Virus record (IMG/VR): IMGVR_UViG_3300044796_000135
Coordinates: 1-62,730 of that record
Direction: 5' to 3' (one strand)
Source: a virus
Taxonomy: Duplodnaviria > Caudoviricetes
DNA: 62,730 bases
Made by a program: the position numbers and the translations under genes. The notes beneath the pieces were generated by a model. It ran no database searches and was not told the origin of the DNA. It saw only the letters and a list, made by a program, of their open reading frames with translations. Position 1 is the stretch's first letter, and every line of letters begins with the position of its first letter. Positions 59,453 through 62,730 of this stretch are shown piece by piece.

Positions 59453-59608
59453 AGGTAGCAGGGGAAGACCTACGTCCATGTGCCCTACGGCATCCCCATA
59501 CGACCTTTGTTTGCTGACTTGGCAGCAAACATACTTAGATTGTGCATACAATCTAAGTGCCAGTAACCACTCCTGTAGGGCTTAGGACACCAGGTCATAG
59601 TTACTAAT
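59453..59608 (-). ncRNA. unassigned structured RNA
   Basis: Several long complementary segments; G-U pairs favour the minus strand. Confidence 0.65.
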
Positions 59609-59616
59609 CCGAATCT

Positions 59617-60123
59617 TTAGACTGTTTGCGGTTGCGGAGCAGGGTCAGCGCTTGCCACCTGTTCTGGCGCTGCATCCAGCAACTTCACACCACCGTTGAC
59701 ATGAACTTGCGTAATGATCGGCAGATTGTTGAGCGTATCTCCGAAGTCGCCAAGCATCGTCTTCTTGAGATCATGGCGCTCCTTCTTCAGTTCCGCGTCC
59801 TTCACCGCCGCAACCGCTTCATCCTCGAACGCTTTCAGCTTCTCATAGGACGACGTATCAACCTTCGTGATAATCCATCGCGCCTGCTCGTTGCTCGTGA
59901 AAGACGGCGGTGCGTCGGCCTTGACGATTTTGACCACGCTAACGCGATGACGTGTGCCAGTTTCGACGGCGACAAGATCGCCCTCTTTGATAGATGGATC
60001 AAGCGTTTTGAAAAACTCGCGTTTGGCTGTCGGCTTGTCGCCATCATCCGCCTCAAAAATTCCGAGCATTCCACGTGCCTTATCGTGGAGCAAGAAAACG
60101 GCGAGGCTATAGTTCTGCATCAT
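59617..60123 (-). CDS. conserved phage hypothetical protein
   Basis: GAAGGA RBS; FFKT.D..I..GDLV.V, WII.KVD. Confidence 0.7.
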   Translation of the reverse strand: MMQNYSLAVFLLHDKARGMLGIFEADDGDKPTAKREFFKTLDPSIKEGDLVAVETGTRHRVSVVKIVKADAPPSFTSNEQARWIITKVDTSSYEKLKAFEDEAVAAVKDAELKKERHDLKKTMLGDFGDTLNNLPIITQVHVNGGVKLLDAAPEQVASADPAPQPQTV

Positions 60124-60150
60124 AGGTTTATTCCTTCTTTTGGGTTGATG

Positions 60151-60879
60151 TTACTTCTTACGTGCTTCCAGGGCCATCTTGGCCTTGTTGAACTGGCTGG
60201 CGGGGATCGCCGCGAGGTTTTCCACCCCCATGAACTTCAGCGTCTTTTCGAGGCTGGCTTTCGTTTCAGTGATGAGGGTTACTAAGATCGTGACTTGTTC
60301 TTCAGTGATATTGCTAACCGGGCCACTACCGCCCGCACCGTTTCCATCATCGTCGTATTCGCCCTCGGCGATGTTGAAAACCATCTTCAACAATCCGCGA
60401 CGGGCATAGGATATTGCCGACATGGTGGCGTGGGTTTTGGTCATTACATCGCCGCCTTTCGCCCCCTTGCCGTCGTTCGGCATATCCAGATGGCGCTTTT
60501 CCTCGTGGCCGTTTGCGTGCGTGACTTTGCAGACAACGCGGACGTGACCTTCCGGTGCGCCGTCCTCCGTGTCGAAACTGGGCGCAAACCCATGCCTTGA
60601 ATAGATTGGCCGGATTGCATTGTCGAGCGCGGCATAGGATGCATACTTGCTGCGGGTTTGCGGGTTTGCGGCGTCCTGCGAGACGGGCCGCAACTCGGCC
60701 TGCGTTTTGTTCATGGCGTCCGAGTAGGCCAGCTTGGCACGGCGTATTTCGATGCGCTCAGCAAGGTCATAAAGGCGCGTCATCTTTTCGGCATCCACAT
60801 TAGGATCTGTGGCGGCGCGGGAGATGACCTGCATCAGCGTGGCGGCCTCGGATTGCACAGATGGAAGTTGCTCGTTCAT
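60151..60879 (-). CDS. erf: ERF-family single-strand annealing recombinase
   Basis: NPQTRSKYA, V.H.NGH.E, SAISYARR, DDDGN. Confidence 0.9.
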   Translation of the reverse strand: MNEQLPSVQSEAATLMQVISRAATDPNVDAEKMTRLYDLAERIEIRRAKLAYSDAMNKTQAELRPVSQDAANPQTRSKYASYAALDNAIRPIYSRHGFAPSFDTEDGAPEGHVRVVCKVTHANGHEEKRHLDMPNDGKGAKGGDVMTKTHATMSAISYARRGLLKMVFNIAEGEYDDDGNGAGGSGPVSNITEEQVTILVTLITETKASLEKTLKFMGVENLAAIPASQFNKAKMALEARKK

Positions 60880-61786
60880 AACTCTACTCCTTCACGCTTC
60901 GATTTCTCAGCAATCATTTCCAGATGCTTCCGCGCCATCTGCGGCTCGTTCCACACGCGGCGGTCTTTAGCTGCAGCATCCGCGAACCCATGTATCCACG
61001 CCAGCAGGTTGCGGGCTCGGAGGAGTTCGGCGCGGCAGAGGTTGATGTCGGTCCAGGGGGACATGTGTCACCAATACCTGCTAAACCACGTTGCCTTAAC
61101 GGACTTATGCCCGCGAGCCTCTTTCCAACCGCGCTCGTAAGCTTCGCGCCGGATAGCTTCAATCGCTTCGTGCATGGTTTCGTCCATTTTAGATGCGAGA
61201 AAACCTGCATAATATTCATTCCCTGCACTGTAAAACAGATTGAAGTCTACAAGTCCGACAGTGGGAACGTGAATCTTAACGATGGCGCGCACGTTGGATT
61301 CATTGCGTCTAAATTCGATCATATCACCCACCAGAAAAACCACGGCACAACCCGATTCCGCCAGCGCAACAGCCACCGCAACCACCCCGGCCGCCGCGCA
61401 TAATCCGTGGTCGCGATCACGCCCATGCGGGTGATGTGCCAGGAGGTCGTGGTCATATCAGTTATTCCCAAAATCTGAGTAACTCATTCCGCCATATTCA
61501 TCGGGCTCGTCGTCATCATCGTTGTCCCAATTGTTCCAGCCCATGCGTGGTTTCGGAAGATCAGCCTGAGCCTTGTCCTTGCATTCAACGTGCTGGACGC
61601 GCCAAGACCGATTGTGCCGCTCGAAAAATCCTGCACCAGGATCGACGTTCTTGCCGCATTTATAGCAAGGGCCAGCATACTTGTTTCTCACCACTTCAAC
61701 TCCACGCAGGCACCATACAAAAGCAGCATGAACAGCGCGCCGGCAATGAAGGTCAGAACGCGTTCGGTGGTCGGGATGGGGGTCAT
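60876..61786 (-). other. small hypothetical early genes
   Basis: ORFs 60876-61064, 61068-61325, 61458-61691 and others. Confidence 0.5.
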
Positions 61787-62730
61787 GGCGCAACCACTTC
61801 CACAAACTTCTCATGCCCATACGCGCCCTTGGTTTCTTTCAGTATCTCCGCGAGCGTATATGTTTTCTTCAACGCACCCTTGCGCGCCATGAAATCCTGC
61901 GTCCCGTACTGACACGCGCCAGTGACCATGCGGTACACAAACGCCCAGTCCTCGGGGGATTTGCGCGTCGTCTTGGCCATGTTTCGGTATTGCTCGATAT
62001 CACGCGTGCCAGTCTTGAATTGCAGTTCGCGGACGGCTTCTTCGATGGTCTTGCCATGCGCGTTATGCTGACCCGACTGAGCCACATAGAACTTATCGCC
62101 GATGACCTTTTGGTTTTTGATCTTGGAGTGACGACAGGCGAGGACCGTAACGCCGTGTGCCTGCTTCGAGGACAGCACGACGCAGCCAATGCCGTCCAGG
62201 ATCGTGAATTTGCTGTAGCCGCCTGTGTAGAGTTTGCCAGCGATTAGGGAGGCGTCTTTGTAGATGGACAGGTAGCCGCCGACGCTGGTGAGGGCGTCGA
62301 GCTTGGCGCTGGTGTTGATGTACAGGTAGCCGCCGACGCTGGTGAGGGCCGGGGCGTCGAACTTGGCGCTGCTGTTGATGGACAGGTAGCCGCCGACGCT
62401 GGTGAGGGCGTCGAGCTTGGCGCTGCTGTGGATGGACAGGTCGCCGCCGACGCTGGTGAGGGCGTCGAGCTTGGCGCTGCTGTTGATGTACAGGTCGCCG
62501 CCGACGCTGGTGAGGGCCGGGGCGTCGAGCTTGGCGCTGCTGTGGATGGACAGGTCGCCGCCGACGCTGGTGAGGGCGTCGAGCTTGGCGCTGCTGTTGA
62601 TGTACAGGTCGCCGCCGACGCTGGTGAGGGCCGGGGCGTCGAACTTGGCGCTGCTGTTGATGGACAGGTAGCCGCCGACGCTGGTGAGGGCGTCGAGCTT
62701 GGCGCTGGTGTTGATGTACAGGTAGCCGCC
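61783..62730 (-). CDS. 3' part of the origin-spanning tandem-repeat protein
   Basis: Open frame from 62730: GG[YD]L[SY]I[NH][ST]SAK[LF]DA(PA)LTSV repeats, then AHGKTIEEA..EL.FK and YRMVTGAC..GT domain. Confidence 0.85.
   Translation of the reverse strand, partial: GGYLYINTSAKLDALTSVGGYLSINSSAKFDAPALTSVGGDLYINSSAKLDALTSVGGDLSIHSSAKLDAPALTSVGGDLYINSSAKLDALTSVGGDLSIHSSAKLDALTSVGGYLSINSSAKFDAPALTSVGGYLYINTSAKLDALTSVGGYLSIYKDASLIAGKLYTGGYSKFTILDGIGCVVLSSKQAHGVTVLACRHSKIKNQKVIGDKFYVAQSGQHNAHGKTIEEAVRELQFKTGTRDIEQYRNMAKTTRKSPEDWAFVYRMVTGACQYGTQDFMARKGALKKTYTLAEILKETKGAYGHEKFVEVVAP
62262..62730. repeat. Coding tandem repeat, 54/60-bp units, ~8.5 copies
   Basis: Unit starts at 62275, 62329, 62389, 62443, 62497, 62557, 62611, 62671, 62725. 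Confidence 0.95.

Noticed and set aside
59594-59605. rRNA fragment (AGUAACUAUGAC resembles large-subunit helix 69)
   Set aside because: Only 12 nt with no flanking similarity.
59560-59606. Twister ribozyme (UAA...GUCCUAAGCC resemblance)
   Set aside because: The loop is longer than consensus and the 3' purine-rich pseudoknot partner is not in the expected position; left as unassigned RNA.
62262-62730. Direct terminal repeats or DGR template/variable repeats
   Set aside because: End similarity comes from an intragenic tandem repeat. No reverse transcriptase was found and variation is not adenine-specific.
1-62730. tRNA genes and stop-codon reassignment
   Set aside because: No cloverleaf found by eye (tRNAscan not run); TAA, TAG and TGA all terminate well-supported genes.

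Overview
The window reads as an essentially complete, circularly assembled ~62.7 kb tailed-phage genome. Both ends fall inside one tandem-repeat gene. The morphogenesis block looks podovirus-like, and the host is probably an alphaproteobacterium (inferred from promoter style and gene content). Layout: (i) a leftward early operon from ~3340 across the origin to ~54960, with ERF recombinase, YqaJ exonuclease, two tandem-repeat proteins, J-domain, DUF1643 and HigA-like genes; (ii) a Cro-like gene with a Gp37/Gp68 gene and an MT-A70 methyltransferase; (iii) an oppositely oriented block (6276-12329) with VRR-NUC, a C5-methyltransferase, a small serine recombinase and LPD29; (iv) a D5/P4-type helicase with a probable origin; (v) terminase, portal, GroES, scaffold, capsid, tail, ejection and lysis genes. 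I found no DNA polymerase, CI repressor, tyrosine integrase, tRNA, CRISPR array or reverse transcriptase. The most unusual observations are: a naturally circularly permuted T4-type endolysin; three unrelated small genes stacked between repeated junction sequences like a cassette array; a ~155-nt structured intergenic RNA with competing or pseudoknotted pairings; an in-frame NMNAT/NAMPT chimera that looks like a collapsed NAD-salvage locus; two structural genes that appear to start at ATA/ATC; two repeat proteins varying only non-synonymously; and a shared [YFML]AxGG motif across virion-region proteins. All family assignments come from recalled motifs, not database searches.
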